Shown: one piece after another, positions 47,358-64,000 of the stretch
Position numbering within the stretch: the stretch's first letter is position 1
Layout: each line of letters starts with the position of its first letter
DNA from: the human T2T-CHM13v2.0 reference genome, Homo sapiens
Strand: one strand, 5' to 3'
DNA length: 64,000 bases
Assembly: GCF_009914755.1 (NCBI RefSeq)
Contig: NC_060925.1
The notes under the pieces: model-generated
Told to the model about the DNA's origin: nothing
The model's database searches: none
Seen by the model: the letters and a program-made list of their open reading frames with translations, nothing else
Made by a program: the position numbers and the translations under genes

Positions 47358-48087
47358 TTAATAATGGTTTAAATCATGTGTTAGATCTAGGCCCTTTGGT
47401 GAGAGCCAGGTTGAACACCCCTGAAGCATTTGCTCTTTGACCTATGGCCTCCTATTCCTTTGAACTTTCCCAGAAAGCAGGGTGGGGGTGGGGATGGGGA
47501 ACACTAACCCAGAATTCTTTAAATTTCTTTCTAATGATTTGGAATGATCAGAAACTTTTAAACCAACTTCATTTCCACCTTCCAGCCATGCTTATCCATC
47601 GTAAGACTATTTTTATCTTCCATAAGAACCCATTCTCCAGTGACTCTTAGATGGAAAACACAACACTACAGAGTTACCATAAACCACTTTTCCTTAATTG
47701 CTGACATGGAACCAGACAGAGGGGGGTCATTGGTTTGGAGAAGGAGAGGGAGGGAGAATATCTACGCCCTCTCTGTCCCCTTCCCAGACACCTCATTGCC
47801 TCTGAGGATTCTCTTCCCTTCACTCTCATCACAAAAGAGGTAATTACCTTATTTCAGGCATCCTTTTTATAGAGCAGGCAGCAGCCTATCACGGTAGTAG
47901 CATTTCACTCTTCCAAGAATGGAACCATTGCACAATGTCCCAGGAGTCATTTGTGATTTTTATGAGAACCTGAAGAGGTTAAAGAAAAGAACAGAAAAAT
48001 AAGAAAGCCTTTGCTGAGAAGAAGGGAGCTGTTAGCCAAAAGAGGGAATTTGGGCTGAGAAATTATTGTCTGAAATACTTACATCTT

Positions 48088-48111
48088 AGAGAGAGAGAGA
48101 GAGAGAGAGAG
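48088..48111. repeat. (AG)n microsatellite
   Basis: Directly visible. Confidence 0.95.
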
Positions 48112-48608
48112 GTGAGGGAGGGGCTTTGTTATTGAATTGAGTGACATTTCTCTTTATTATAAAGTTATAACGTCCGGCAGTAGAACTGCCAGTAAAACTC
48201 GATCTGGAGTGTTTTCTTTCCCCCTCGCTATGCTCTTTTAGCAGTTTGCATCTGGACTGTTAAATTAAGGGTTCTTGCATGGGAAATACTTCTTATTCCT
48301 TCAGCAAGTGAAACTACTTGCTAAAGTAATTATTTTTAAATGCAAATATATATACACACATACCTTGTGTGTATGTATTTTTAAATATTTACACACAATA
48401 TATATTCATGTATATGTATGTATGTTGTATTTTTGTGGTTTTGTGTTTTAACATCAGCTGCGGTAGAAAGAGAAGGGTGGCTCTGCTAAGAGTCCCTCCT
48501 CAACTGGCCTCTGGCTGCAACGTAAATGACCTCCCTTGTTCCCTACCAGCATGGCTGGAGCAAAAACGCCAGAGTCTCACGTACAAACATTACCTGGAGT
48601 CTTCCTAC

Positions 48609-48717
48609 TGCACTCCTGCACTGTGGCATCCAGAGAAACAGCGTCACTTGGGGAGAATGTCATGCACTCCTGCACTGTGGCATCCAGAGAAACAGCGTCA
48701 CTCAGGGGAGAATGTCA
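48609..48717. repeat. Two-copy 54/55-bp tandem duplication
   Basis: 'tgcactcctgcactgtggcatccagagaaacagcgtcact...ggggagaatgtca' x2. Confidence 0.95.
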
Positions 48718-49741
48718 GGCAGGGATGAGCTGCCTTGACTTGAAATGGTCTTGCCTCTCATCTCAATTAAAATCAAGCCATTAACTGGCTTTAATGTAGA
48801 GATTTTGTGGTTCAGTTTTCTTCAGTGGTATCCATTATAAAAAAAGATGGGGGTTATAGGTAGCAGAACTGATTGGCATAGTTGTCAGGCATATAGTATG
48901 TATTATTAATGTTTAATATGTATTATTAATGTTCCCTACCTATAGTGAGAGCTATCCTGGCTTAATCAGTTATCCTTCACTCCAGGACGAAACCATGCTT
49001 TCTGTGGTTACCTGAATTCCAGGTGGGGCTAAGCACAGCTAAGAGTATCTGGTAGCCTCTTCAAGTGGCTTTTGTATCACCCAAACCTTTTAAAAACTGC
49101 CACACAAACTGGTAAAAACGTATACTTCTGTCTATCCTTGATTGAATGTAATTGTCACTATTTATTTTAAAGAAATGGACAACTTAGAGCCCTATTGCAA
49201 CACATCCCAAACCCAGCTCACTTAAACCATTAATCAAAACATTTTTCCTCCCTACCTGTGGTCTGTAAGGAGGATACAGTCTAGTCTCTAATTGCACAAT
49301 TAAACAGGTGCAGAAAGCAGTCTATGGATTCATGCCAAATGAGTGGTACTGGAAGGGAATTCTATGGGAGTTCAAAGAAACCGGAGGTCACAGTAGATCA
49401 GAGTTGGTTGGCGGGAGTCTCGGGGGAGAAATGGGGTTTGACGTAGGCCTTGAAAGAACCGATAGGATTCAGACAAACCTGAGTAATGGGAGGGTGTTCC
49501 GAGCCACACACACTGATTGTTCAGTTTGGTTTGCTCAGCTAGAGGACGTGTTGGGAAGATGGGTCTGATTGGAGGTGACGTTGACACCCAGACTTAGATT
49601 CTAAGGGCAGGGGGAGTTCCCTGAAGGATTTTAAGTGCCAGGGGCCTGGTAGTGCTCGTGTGTTAGGCAGAAGGGAGGCGAACTAGGCTGTCACAATCAT
49701 CTAGATTGGAGTTACTGAGAATCTGGATCGGGTGGACATGA

Positions 49742-50141
<400 letters not shown>

Positions 50142-50515
50142 ACCACTTTGACCCCTGTCTTTGCTCTGTGTCTCCTGAAGGACAAGAAGGCCATCGTGCT
50201 AGGCTTCGGAATTCCCTGCCTATTCGTGCATAATTTGAAATCATCTCTATGTAGCTTTCAGATGCTCATTTCCTTCTGGACTCCCTAGTACAATTTCATC
50301 AATTTCATATTCTCTCTCTCTCTCCTCTCATAGGTATATAGTATATATTTTACTTGATGACTGACTCAAGAATTTTAAGATGGGTTCTGATCTTGTTTAG
50401 CTGGAAGCATTTTCTAGAGAGCCAAAGCCATTGTTATTTTGGCTTCTACATTTATTGTCGTATATTCAAGCAGAACAGTGTAAAAATGATTACCAAAGTT
50501 GAGCCTATTATTTAG

Positions 50516-50872
<357 letters not shown>

Positions 50873-51170
50873 TGACTAAAAGACACCTATAAAGATATAG
50901 AAGTTAAGACAAAAGTCACAATTATGTTGACAACTGCTGTTACAGTGTTTTCAATATATTTATCCAATAGAAAAGTTTTATTTTACTGCACAATAATATG
51001 TTCTATTAAATTAATAAAAACGTACTCATGAGTGACTTCTTGTCATACAGATCTCTATATCTCTTAGAGCTGTATGTCGGCGTTTTCTCTCTGGATATAT
51101 AATATACATATTAATCAATTCATTCATTGAGCCTGTGCTTGGCATGATTCCAGGTGCTTCAGTATAATAG

Positions 51171-51517
<347 letters not shown>

Positions 51518-51778
51518 TGATAGAGGGATATAGACAATAAACAAGCCAGAAAATACCTGCCAGTCAAAAAGCTGTGATGGGAACCAGCCAGGCAAAGATC
51601 TAGAGGGAGAGCACCAGGCCTGTCTCCACTTATGTGAGACGTACAGAAACACACAGCGCCTTGCCCGTGGGAGGTTCTCACCACGTATTTATTGAGGAAT
51701 AAATGAGTGAATGGATGTATTCATTGGCCTGCTTGTAAAACCTTCACCAGTGGACTCTTGGCTTTTAGAACTTTATTA

Positions 51779-52016
51779 CAGGTTGAGTAATATCTGAAAT
51801 ATCCCTTATTCAGAACACTTGAAACCAGAGGTGTCTTGGATTTTGAATTTTGGGGGGTTTGGAAATATTTCTACTGTACTTATATTTATCAAGTGAGCAC
51901 CCTAAAATGAAAATCTGAAGTCCTGAATGCTGCAGTGAGCATTCTCTTTGAGCATCATGCTGGTGCTTAAAAAGTTTTGGATTCTGGAGCATTTTGGGTT
52001 AGGGATCTTCAACCGG
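51779..52016. mobile_element. Tigger4a (MER46A/Zombi) DNA transposon
   Basis: TA|CAGGTTGAG...TCAACCGG|TA terminal inverted repeats; ~238 bp. Confidence 0.85.
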
Positions 52017-53476
52017 TATGCTAACAATAGTGATCTTATGTAGTATTTTCCCTCCAAAGAGATTTGAGAGAGAAATAAGTGGCTGCCGTGGTTGGCCGTC
52101 TTTCTCTGGCTCACTTCACCTTGTTGCCCTCGGATAACTCCAGTGAACTCCTTCTTACTTTTCAAGGCCGTGGCTCTTCCAAGCAACCTCCCTGAGCCCC
52201 TTGGGCTGGGTCAGGAGGGTTCCCCAGGCCTGCATGGACCTACAATGTGCTACTGAAATGATCATTTATGTGTCTGTCTCTTTCTCTAAACAGTGGGCTC
52301 CCCCAGACTGGGCACAAAGTTATTTACCTAATGTAGCCAAGAGGTAGGTGTGCAAGAATTGTTTTCTGTTGAGATGAAAATCACCAAGCCTGGTCATTTG
52401 CTTTCTGTGTAGACAGCAGTGTGTTGTTCACTTAGGACTCTGCTCTCTGTCTCGTGCAACTTACCCTTTATTTAGGGAAAATGAACAATCTGTAAACAAT
52501 AAGAGAACACTGGCAAATCAATACAGTCAAGACCTGTGGGAAAATGTAGAGGTGTCAAGAGTAAGAGAATAAGCTGAGGGAGCAGGTGTGGATCACCATG
52601 GTCTCCTTTGACTTGCTCAATAAAGACCCTCTGACCAAAGGTTAGCTGCAAACGCCTTTGTTTTGGAGGGCTAGTATGCAGTGGTTTCGTGATGTGTCTT
52701 TTATATGGTCTCATGGTTTTCAATTTCTTAATTGATGTTTCTGATTTACCTGAAAGCTTTAAATGTTCATGATCTTGGCTTGGTACACATTAGACATTAA
52801 GGTTTACAACCGATGCCTGTCATTGCCATTTGAATGTGTTGGTGACATTCCTGGTGTGGCAAGCTAGGCGAGTGTGCCCCCATCGACAAAAGAGGCTGAA
52901 TTCTATATTCTGCACTATATGGACTGCCTTTCTCTTTCACTCACTTGCTTTTTAAATGACACAATTCATCCCATTCTTAATGGGGGTTGGGGGAGAAAGG
53001 AAGAAGGAAATGAAAGCAAGCAAAAAAACCACTCAGTGCCCGCAACTGTTATTATGATCTTGGTATATAGCTCTAAATACTTTCAAAAATATACTTGAAA
53101 TACTTTCATAGGTTTTACAACAAATAGGATTATACAACCAATTTTATCACAGTGAATTTCCAAGTCAATAACTGCTTTTCAGACTATGTTCCAAGGAGGG
53201 GCCGGGGTTGCCCAGCTCAAGAGAACAGGAATCCCTGCAAAGGGCCAGGGGCCCGTCAGTGGCTCCTCCTCAGTGCAGCTCTGCTCTCTCGGTTTTTTTA
53301 TTGATACATAATAGAGGTACATATTTTGGGGGTGCATGTGATAATTTAATACGTTCATATCATTGTAAAGATCCAATTGGTGTCATTGGGATACCCATTA
53401 CCTTAAATATTTCCCCTTTCTTTATGCTAGAAACATTTGAGTTCTTCTGTTCTAGCTATTTTGAAATATACAATAG

Positions 53477-54173
<697 letters not shown>

Positions 54174-54974
54174 TAAACAACTTCTCTTCGTCTCCCATCC
54201 CCGCTGCCCATCCCAGCCTCTGGTAACCACCCATCTACTCTCTGTCTTCACCAACTCCACTTGTTTAGTTCCCAAATATGAGTGAGAACGTGTGATATTT
54301 GTCTTTCTGTGCCTGGTTCATTTCACTTCCCATAATGACCTCTAGTTCCATGCATGTTGTACAGCTCTTCTCTCATTGGAATATATTTTGTAAAACAAAC
54401 AAAAAAAAATTGGGGGGATGAAAGGTTTTCACTGCTCATATAAATGACAACTTGTAAACTACTGTGAATAGCAATATTTTCATTGAGTAGAGTGCTACCA
54501 ATATGCCCATTCAGAATGAAAAACTCTGACAAACAGCTCTGTCCGTATATCCTTATCACTCACTGACAATCTTTTGATTGGCACTGGAGCACCCATCTGC
54601 TGGGTTTTGTGGAGACTGTGGCCATCTCTGCCTTTTAGACTGAGCTGCTCAGACAGTTGACCCAACACCGGCTGCCTCCTTGCCACTGAATCGGAATGAG
54701 GTCATACTTGTACATGCTTCTTGGAAGGTTTTCAGGCCTCAGCTCTACTGAGCGAAGACTTGGTTGAGTAACAAGTGAGGAGGAAACTGTAGGGTTCCAT
54801 TGTTTACAATGGGGACAGCCTGCGGCACCACTAGACATTCTGAGGCGGGTCCTGGTTGGGGGTCAGAAGGTCATTGGATAGGCGGGAAAAAAAATCATTG
54901 CAAGGTTATGATTGCACCAGTGCATTCCAGCCTGGGCGACAGAGCCAGACTCCATCTCTTACAAATAAATCAGA

Positions 54975-55845
54975 GGAATGGGAGAAAATATTTACAAATC
55001 ATGCATTTGATATTTCTCCAATCATATACCGGTGGCCAATAAGCACACGAAAAGATGCTTAACATCATTAGTCATTAGGAAAATGCAAATAAAAACCACA
55101 ATGAGATGCCACTTCAAACCGTCTGGGATGACTATAATCAAAAAGACAGATCGTGCATTGGGGGCATTTTGAGCATTGGTGAGGATGTGGAGAAGCTGGA
55201 ACAGTCTATACGTTGTTTGTGGGAATGTAAAACAGGGCAGCCGCTGTGGCACAGTCTGGCTGTTCCTCAAAAGCTTAAACACAGAGTTACCAAATGATCT
55301 AACAATTCCATTCTTAGGGATATACCCAAGAGAACTGAAAACATACATCCACACAAACATTAGTACACGAATGTTCATGGCAGCGTTAGTCAAAATAGCC
55401 AAAATGGAGGAAGTAACCCAAAGGTCTATCCCTGATGCATGAATAAACAATGTGGTGTATTTGCACAATGGAAAGTTATTCGCCACAAAAAGGAATAAAG
55501 TGCTGATGCATGCTGCCATGTGGATGGACCTTGTAAACGTTCTGGTAGCTGAAATAAGCCAGATACAAAAGGCCACATATAGTAAACTGCGTTTATATGA
55601 AATGTCCAAAATAGGCAAAACTATAGAGACAGAAAATACATTTGTGGTTGCCTAGAACTGGGGGTGTTGAGTGAGACGAGGAGTGAGTGTTAAAGGGTGT
55701 GAGTGAGGAAGATATTCCGTGTTCCATGATGATTACATCATTACATGCATAGTGATTGCACAACTCTGTGAATATATGAAAAATCACTTAGCTGTATACT
55801 TATGGTGAGCTTTATGTTATGTGAATTTTATCTCAATATTAATTT
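54975..55845 (+). mobile_element. L1MB-type 3' fragment (preceded by short Alu 3' fragment ~54897-54960)
   Basis: 'aaagatgcttaacatcattagtcattaggaaaatgcaaataaaaaccacaatgagatgccac', 'caattccattcttagggatatacccaagagaactgaaaaca'. Confidence 0.88.
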
Positions 55846-55902
55846 TAAAATCCAATGAAGAGCAAATTTATATTGTTTTGGGCTTTTAAGAAACTGTCTT
55901 AA

Positions 55903-56233
<331 letters not shown>

Positions 56234-57254
56234 ACCCCTTTTATACTTTGTTAATGGAGAAGTAAATAAACAGCCAGGGTGTAAACAATACATGCACCCC
56301 CATAGTTCAAAGGGACAATGGAGCATATGTGTTGATGTGTCTGAGAAAAACAGAAAAAATGCTTGTCCCTGGAATGATGGAAAGAATTGTTACACCTTGA
56401 GAGGAGAGGTCAAGGGTGGAAGTCTGAAACAGGTGTGGGAGATGATATTTCTAAGAGTGAGCCAGTACGTTTCTGGCAAAATAAAGACTTTAGCAGGCTA
56501 CTAGTTTGTAAAAATTAAACTGCAAAACTGGAGCTGGTTTCACCCTTATTTTTTAATTATGTGGGATTAGTCATTTGTGCTTGATGCTCCCTCTTAGCTC
56601 AGCCCCATTTCTCTTTTCTAAATAAAAAACACTTGGTTCTAAATCCTGGCTTAGAAAGCATATTTTTGAAGCGCAAGACAGAAAATTCATTTGTTTGTGC
56701 ATTCAGCAAATACTTTTCAAGCATGCACTGTGTGCCGGGCACTGTCCCAGGCACCTGAGACACACTGGGGAACCAAGACGAAGATTCCTGCCTTCAGGCA
56801 GCTTAGATCCTGGTGGGGGTGGGGGATAGGAAGGGGCAGAGACAGATCATCCACCACAAACACAGTAGGTTAGTCAATCCTGTGGCAGATTGGAAGGTGA
56901 TAAATGCTATGGAGAAAAAAGAACAAGGTAGCGCAGGTACGGAAGTGGAATGGTGCAGGTGGCATGAGTAGCCAGGGTCCATAACATGGTGAGATTTGGG
57001 CAGAGGCATAGAGGAAGTGGGGGAGCTGAACCAAGCAGGTGTCTGGATATCTCTGAGGGAAAAGCATTCCCAGCAGAGGGAACAGCAAGGTTAAAGGTTT
57101 GAAGGGAGAGCGGGCCTGTCATGTTCAAGGAACAGCAAGGAGTCCAGGTTGGCTGGAAAAGAGACCGAATGGTAGCAGAGCAAGTCGGGGAAGTCTCAGG
57201 AGGGTCAGAGTCTATAGGGCCTAGGAGGCCATTGTAAGTACTTGGCCTTTTTAA

Positions 57255-58126
<872 letters not shown>

Positions 58127-59194
58127 CTGACTTGCATTTTAAAAGGGTCGCTTTGGCTGCCTGTTGGGTATCGACTGTGGGTGAACAGTGAGTAGCAGGA
58201 AGGAAACCAGGCAGGATGTGATGGCAGCGACGTGGGTGAGAGTGGTGATGGATCAGACCAGGGTGGGAGCAGTGAAGGGGTTGACAGATTCTGGATGTAT
58301 TTTGAAGATAGCCAATAAAATTCTTGATCACTGTGAGAGAAAGTAAGGTTGTGAGAATCAGCCCGAGGATTTTGGCATAACCTGTTGGAAAGATGGAGCT
58401 GCCATTAAATGAGATGGGGAGGGGTCCTGAGGGATCAGGAGCGCAGCTGAATGCACCGAGGTGGAGATGCCTACTAGACATCAAGAGGAGACGTCCAGCA
58501 GAGGGCTGGATGGATGAGTCTGGAATTCAGGAAGCAGCCTGGGCTGCAGATATAAATTTGGGAATCATTGGCATCTAGATGGCATTTAGAACCCTGTAAC
58601 TGAGTAAGATCACTAAGGCTCCCATTTATTCAAAGGACAAAACAACATAAATGTTGACAGAGAGTAATAATCTTTTCTATTTATTGAGTTCCAACAGTGA
58701 GCTCCTGTTATCACTAAAAACAGACATCGCAGATAAGCTTCTCCAGAAATACATATTTCAACCTGGTTGAGCTATAGGCACCCAGGGTATATCTGCAGAA
58801 GCCAGGTATTAATATCTTAGAGGCATATGCATCAATATCGTGTGAAGTCTTTTTTGTTAGCTCTTTTCTAATTATGCTTTCAGAGTTTTTTTGTTGTTGT
58901 TGTTATATTTTTGTTCTCCCATGTATACCTTGGTTTGTGATCAGTGTGTAAAGGAGGAGGAATGGTTGTTTGGTTGAGACATTTGCAAATAGTAAGCAGT
59001 CACCTTACCTAACTTGGCTAATTTGCATTGTTTCCATACAGAGAATGTAGTTTGACAGTCAAGGATGATAGAAAGTCAGAGGATGATAGAAAACAATCCT
59101 TTCTTCATACAGATTAAGAAGAAGAAATGAATAATCTAAAGAAAGAAATAACAACAAGAGACAGATGGGATGCTGACTGGTCCAGAAACCGTCA

Positions 59195-59803
<609 letters not shown>

Positions 59804-61382
59804 TCAGTCTGAGGGACTGCCATACTGGGCTAGGGCCTCTGAGTGCTCTGCCAGCTTAGGGGTTCCATGATTCTCAGCAGATTTCCAGCAGGTGTTTGAG
59901 GGTTTCTGCATTCAGTGACATAAACAGGCCCTCGTGCTTCTGTGGGTTATAGGCCAGCTTGGTACCGTATAACCAGTACATCAAGAGTTGAAGTGTTGCA
60001 CTAATGCTTTCCAAGAGTCAGAGCTGGCAGAGTGACCGGGTATACAGGCAGAGTTTGTACTCTTTCCTTTTAGAAACACACTCTGCTGTCTGTACCTGAA
60101 TTGTTCTCACTCTGTGGAGGACTTGGGATTCTTGATGTTATTTATCTTATGTGTTCCAAGTGCTAAGTAGTTTAATCCTAATACTTTTAAAATGTTAAAA
60201 AAAAAAAAAAAAGAGAGAGAGAAATGTTTAAAGTTTGGATAGAAACCCTTAGAATCATTAAATATTCTCAGTGAAAGGGACCACAGAGGTCATCTGGGCC
60301 CATTTCCTCATTTTATAGAAAAGGAGTCTGCAAGATCCAGACAGCAGTTCACCCAGATTAGTTGGTTGATTCAAACTTTCCCTTCCTATTTCTCTCTACA
60401 GTGTTTTATCTACAATTATATTTAAGATTTGGCAACAATGACCATATGAGAAGTCCTTGTAATATGCCAGGCACTGTGCTGGCCGTGCGTTGTGCGTGCA
60501 TTTTCCTATTTAAAATGCCACCTATAAGTGCCATCTTTGGAATATTTGTCCTTTAGAAAGAAGCATCTGCTTCAAACCAATGGCAGAGACCAAATGGCTT
60601 TTCTCTTATCTTTACTACTGTGTGGATTTCTCCATAAACAAGAACTGGCAAAGGGCCTCATAACAGCTCTGTGGCCCTCTCTGGGCTCAGAGAATGCCCG
60701 TAGCCACCAGCCCAGCTGGCAACAAATGGTTGCAGGTTCTGTTTCCATGTTTCAGTCAATCTGTCTAGAGAACAATGGAACTCCTGAACCATTCCCGTGC
60801 TCAAATGTAACGTAAAAAGGACAATATAAAATATCAGGCTTCTGTGTTTGAACTGCTCCCCTGGGGAAAGGAGCATGGTGGTTGGGAACTCAGCATTAAA
60901 CAAGGAAACTCGATGTGTATCCAGCATCACTGAGTGCTCAGGTCTGCAGACTGCAGAGAGATGTAATGCTTATTCCTGTTCCCACATCTTTGATCTTTTT
61001 GCGTGAAGCTAATATTTGAGAATTCTTTATTTCCCTGGAGTGTCAAACCTCCTGTCAACTCGCCATAAAGACAAGGAAGAGATTTCCTTTTTCAACAAGT
61101 GAGGACAGATGTGGCCAAGCGTTGATTATTATTGTAAGAGATGAATACAAATGTTATCATTACTGAGTGCTAAGCTTTGTTTATTTCTTCAGAATTCCCC
61201 TAGTGCCTCTGGGCTGGGAATCTCACCCACAGACCTTGATCAATGTCCCCTGGCACTTTGAACAGTCCTTGGTTGGACCTGACAGCACGCTCCAGTCTTA
61301 CCTTTCACTGGTAGCACAGCAGCGTCTAACCGATAGGGACTCTTCTTGGCTCTGTGTGTACTTTTACCATCCTAGATAATGA

Positions 61383-61798
<416 letters not shown>

Positions 61799-62639
61799 AA
61801 GACACTGATTTTTAAGTAAGACCTTCCAATGAGTAATCCTTTATAATCAACATTAGAACTAGATGAGTATTCAGAAATGCATGTTGTTTTATATGATAAC
61901 ACAAAGGACTGAATACAAACATCATTAACCAAGCTCTTCTGAGAGCTTGGGGAAAAAGCTGCCCGAGGGTACCCTGCTTTGTGTGCATGTGATATGTTCC
62001 ATCTGCCTGAAATGTTCCTTTGAAATAAGAAGCGAGGGCACAGCTGGGTAGGAGAGGGTTGGGAAGGGGCCCATGGAGGACTCACCTCACTGATGTGCTG
62101 TGGAGGTTCGATGAATACATTCCCCGCTTCCCTCCTACCCAGTGTGGCCTGATGATCACGACTAGTGTTCCTACCAGTGAATGGTTCACCCCGAGGCAAA
62201 TGCGTTCCCTAAGGAAGATATGTGCTGTGAGTTTCCAGTTGTAAGAAGCCAGTGGAGACACCCAGGTAGTCTGTGTTGTTGAAGCCTCACGATCTGGGAG
62301 GGCGGTGTGATGAATCCCGGGCAGCCACACACAGTTTCCGGCAATACCACATTTCATCAATTCCGTGTTAGAACATTGAGTCCAAGCTGTTGGAAAAAGC
62401 TTCCCCTTCAGGTGTGAGGAGGCCCAGGCAGCAGATGCCAGGACTCACACTCCTGGGCATCATTTATTTTGGAAGTTGGGGAAGCAGGTGCCGGACAAAG
62501 CTCTGGGTCGTCTTCTTTTGCATCCCCTCCAGATCTCACAGGGTTTCATGGGTGCCCTGTGTTTGATGTTCAGTGTGGAATCCAAGAGCCTGGTGAGGAG
62601 AAGCTGTCTCAGAACCAGTCACAATAAAAATAATGATCC

Positions 62640-62850
62640 ACAGTTAACATGCATAGAGCATTTGCTTTGTCTCAAGGCATGTGCTGGGTGCACCATTTTC
62701 ATCCTCACGGGTTCTGCTAGTGTCCTCATGCATAGATGAGGAAAACAAAGCTTAGAGAGGTCAAAAGAGCTGTCCGAGGTCACCCAGCTGGGGTTGCAAT
62801 CCAGGTCTGCCTGACCCCAGAGCTCCAGCTCTGAACCTCTGTGCTTCCTG
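62640..62850 (-). mobile_element. MIR
   Basis: 'agatgaggaaaacaaagcttagagaggtcaa...aggtcacccagctg...ccaggtctgcctgacccca'. Confidence 0.8.
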
Positions 62851-64000
62851 ACCTGGCTTCAGTGCCTGTGAGTGTCACAGTCTCACCACAGCTGGTGTTA
62901 CCATAGCTACTTAACAGCTGGTGTTGGGGGAGCGGGGAAAGTGCAGAAATGAAGTTTGCGTTGTTAACAAGAAATTTTGCTAATTAATTTTGGGGGGACA
63001 CATTGAGCAAGTCCGCCCAGGTGCATGTTCCCACGGTCCCATTCCAGTGGGCAGTTGAATGCACACGTATGCATGAAGGGCGTGGGTAGTGAACTTGTAA
63101 CAGCAGAGGAAGCAGAAGGTTAAAAGGAGAAGCTAAATACACCTCAGTGCTGGAACGTTCATTTTGCAGATTTTTGTCAGGTTTGGCAGAGAAACCTCCA
63201 AGCTCTAATCTTACAGGGCGACTACTTGGGAATCAATCGGGAAGCATATTTCCTGTTACTTTAGTGTAGCGAAGGCTTCTCCTCGTTCTTTTCTACTCTT
63301 AGTAATGTATTAGTAAAATGTGTTTATGAAAATCTGAGTTTCCTCATTCCACCTTTATGTTTTTCCTTATGTCTTTATAAAATCTGTAAGTTAGTTTCCT
63401 CATTCCACATTTATGTTTTTCCTCATTCTAATGCCCTCTCTTGAATTGTTAGTTCTTTGCTTTAATGACGCTTTGTTAGGCCTGGGCTGATCCCACGCCA
63501 TTTTTTTATTTCTTCTGGTTTGATTTCTGCTTACACCTCAAAGATGTTTACCTTCATATCTTCTCTTTCCCTTTACCTGTGACCTCTCTGCCTTGCCTCT
63601 CTTAATAAGTGTTAATAATGCTGGGTTACACTTTAACTCACTTTGGGCAGTATTCTAAATCTTAATCTCTTCAAAGGAAGTGCTAATGAAATGTCCCACC
63701 ATTATGTATCTGTGTTCTCTTACAAATGCAGATGAAGAGCCATTCAATGGAGCCACATAACTGCCTTTCCCATCAAGCCTTGAACTGCAAGTAAAGGGGC
63801 CTGATTGTGAGGAGTCAGACTCACCATCTAGGTCGCCTGACAGAGGCCCCTCCTAACCCTGTCCCTGGACACTGTAACTTCTCTAAGACATTTGATGGTG
63901 ACCAGGCACTCCACTCGTCCATGTAGTTTCTGGGATGGATTCCTCTCTGGAATATTAGACTGCCTCACAGATTAAACTGCTAAAGGAATTTTGCAGCAAA

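Noticed and set aside
55022-55618. 198-aa ORF
   Set aside because: Antisense reading of a decayed L1MB fragment.

Overview
Primate (very probably human) non-coding genomic DNA, most likely intronic or intergenic. I find no supportable protein-coding gene, RNA gene or CRISPR array; the ORF track is explained by Alu/L1/L2/LTR/simple-repeat translations and chance ORFs. The window holds about 33 Alus (J, S and Y types), fragments of L1, L2, L3/CR1 and MIR, five LTRs (two LTR16-like, MLT2, an MLT1A/MST-type MaLR, and a MER66/MER41-group ERV1 LTR nested inside that MaLR) and several DNA-transposon fossils (Tigger3a, Tigger4a, MER58A, MER96B, Charlie-type). It also has a ~1.48-kb, ~51-unit minisatellite that expanded inside an LTR, plus (TCCA)n and TG-rich tracts. 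I did not find a convincing novel biological system. The best non-trivial observations are a composite templated duplication at 3155-3320, the internal structure of the VNTR, nested insertions with intact TSDs, and a few candidate cryptic exons and enhancer-like motif clusters. Repeat family names come from my recall of consensus sequences, not a database search, and old-repeat boundaries are approximate. I could not identify a host gene.
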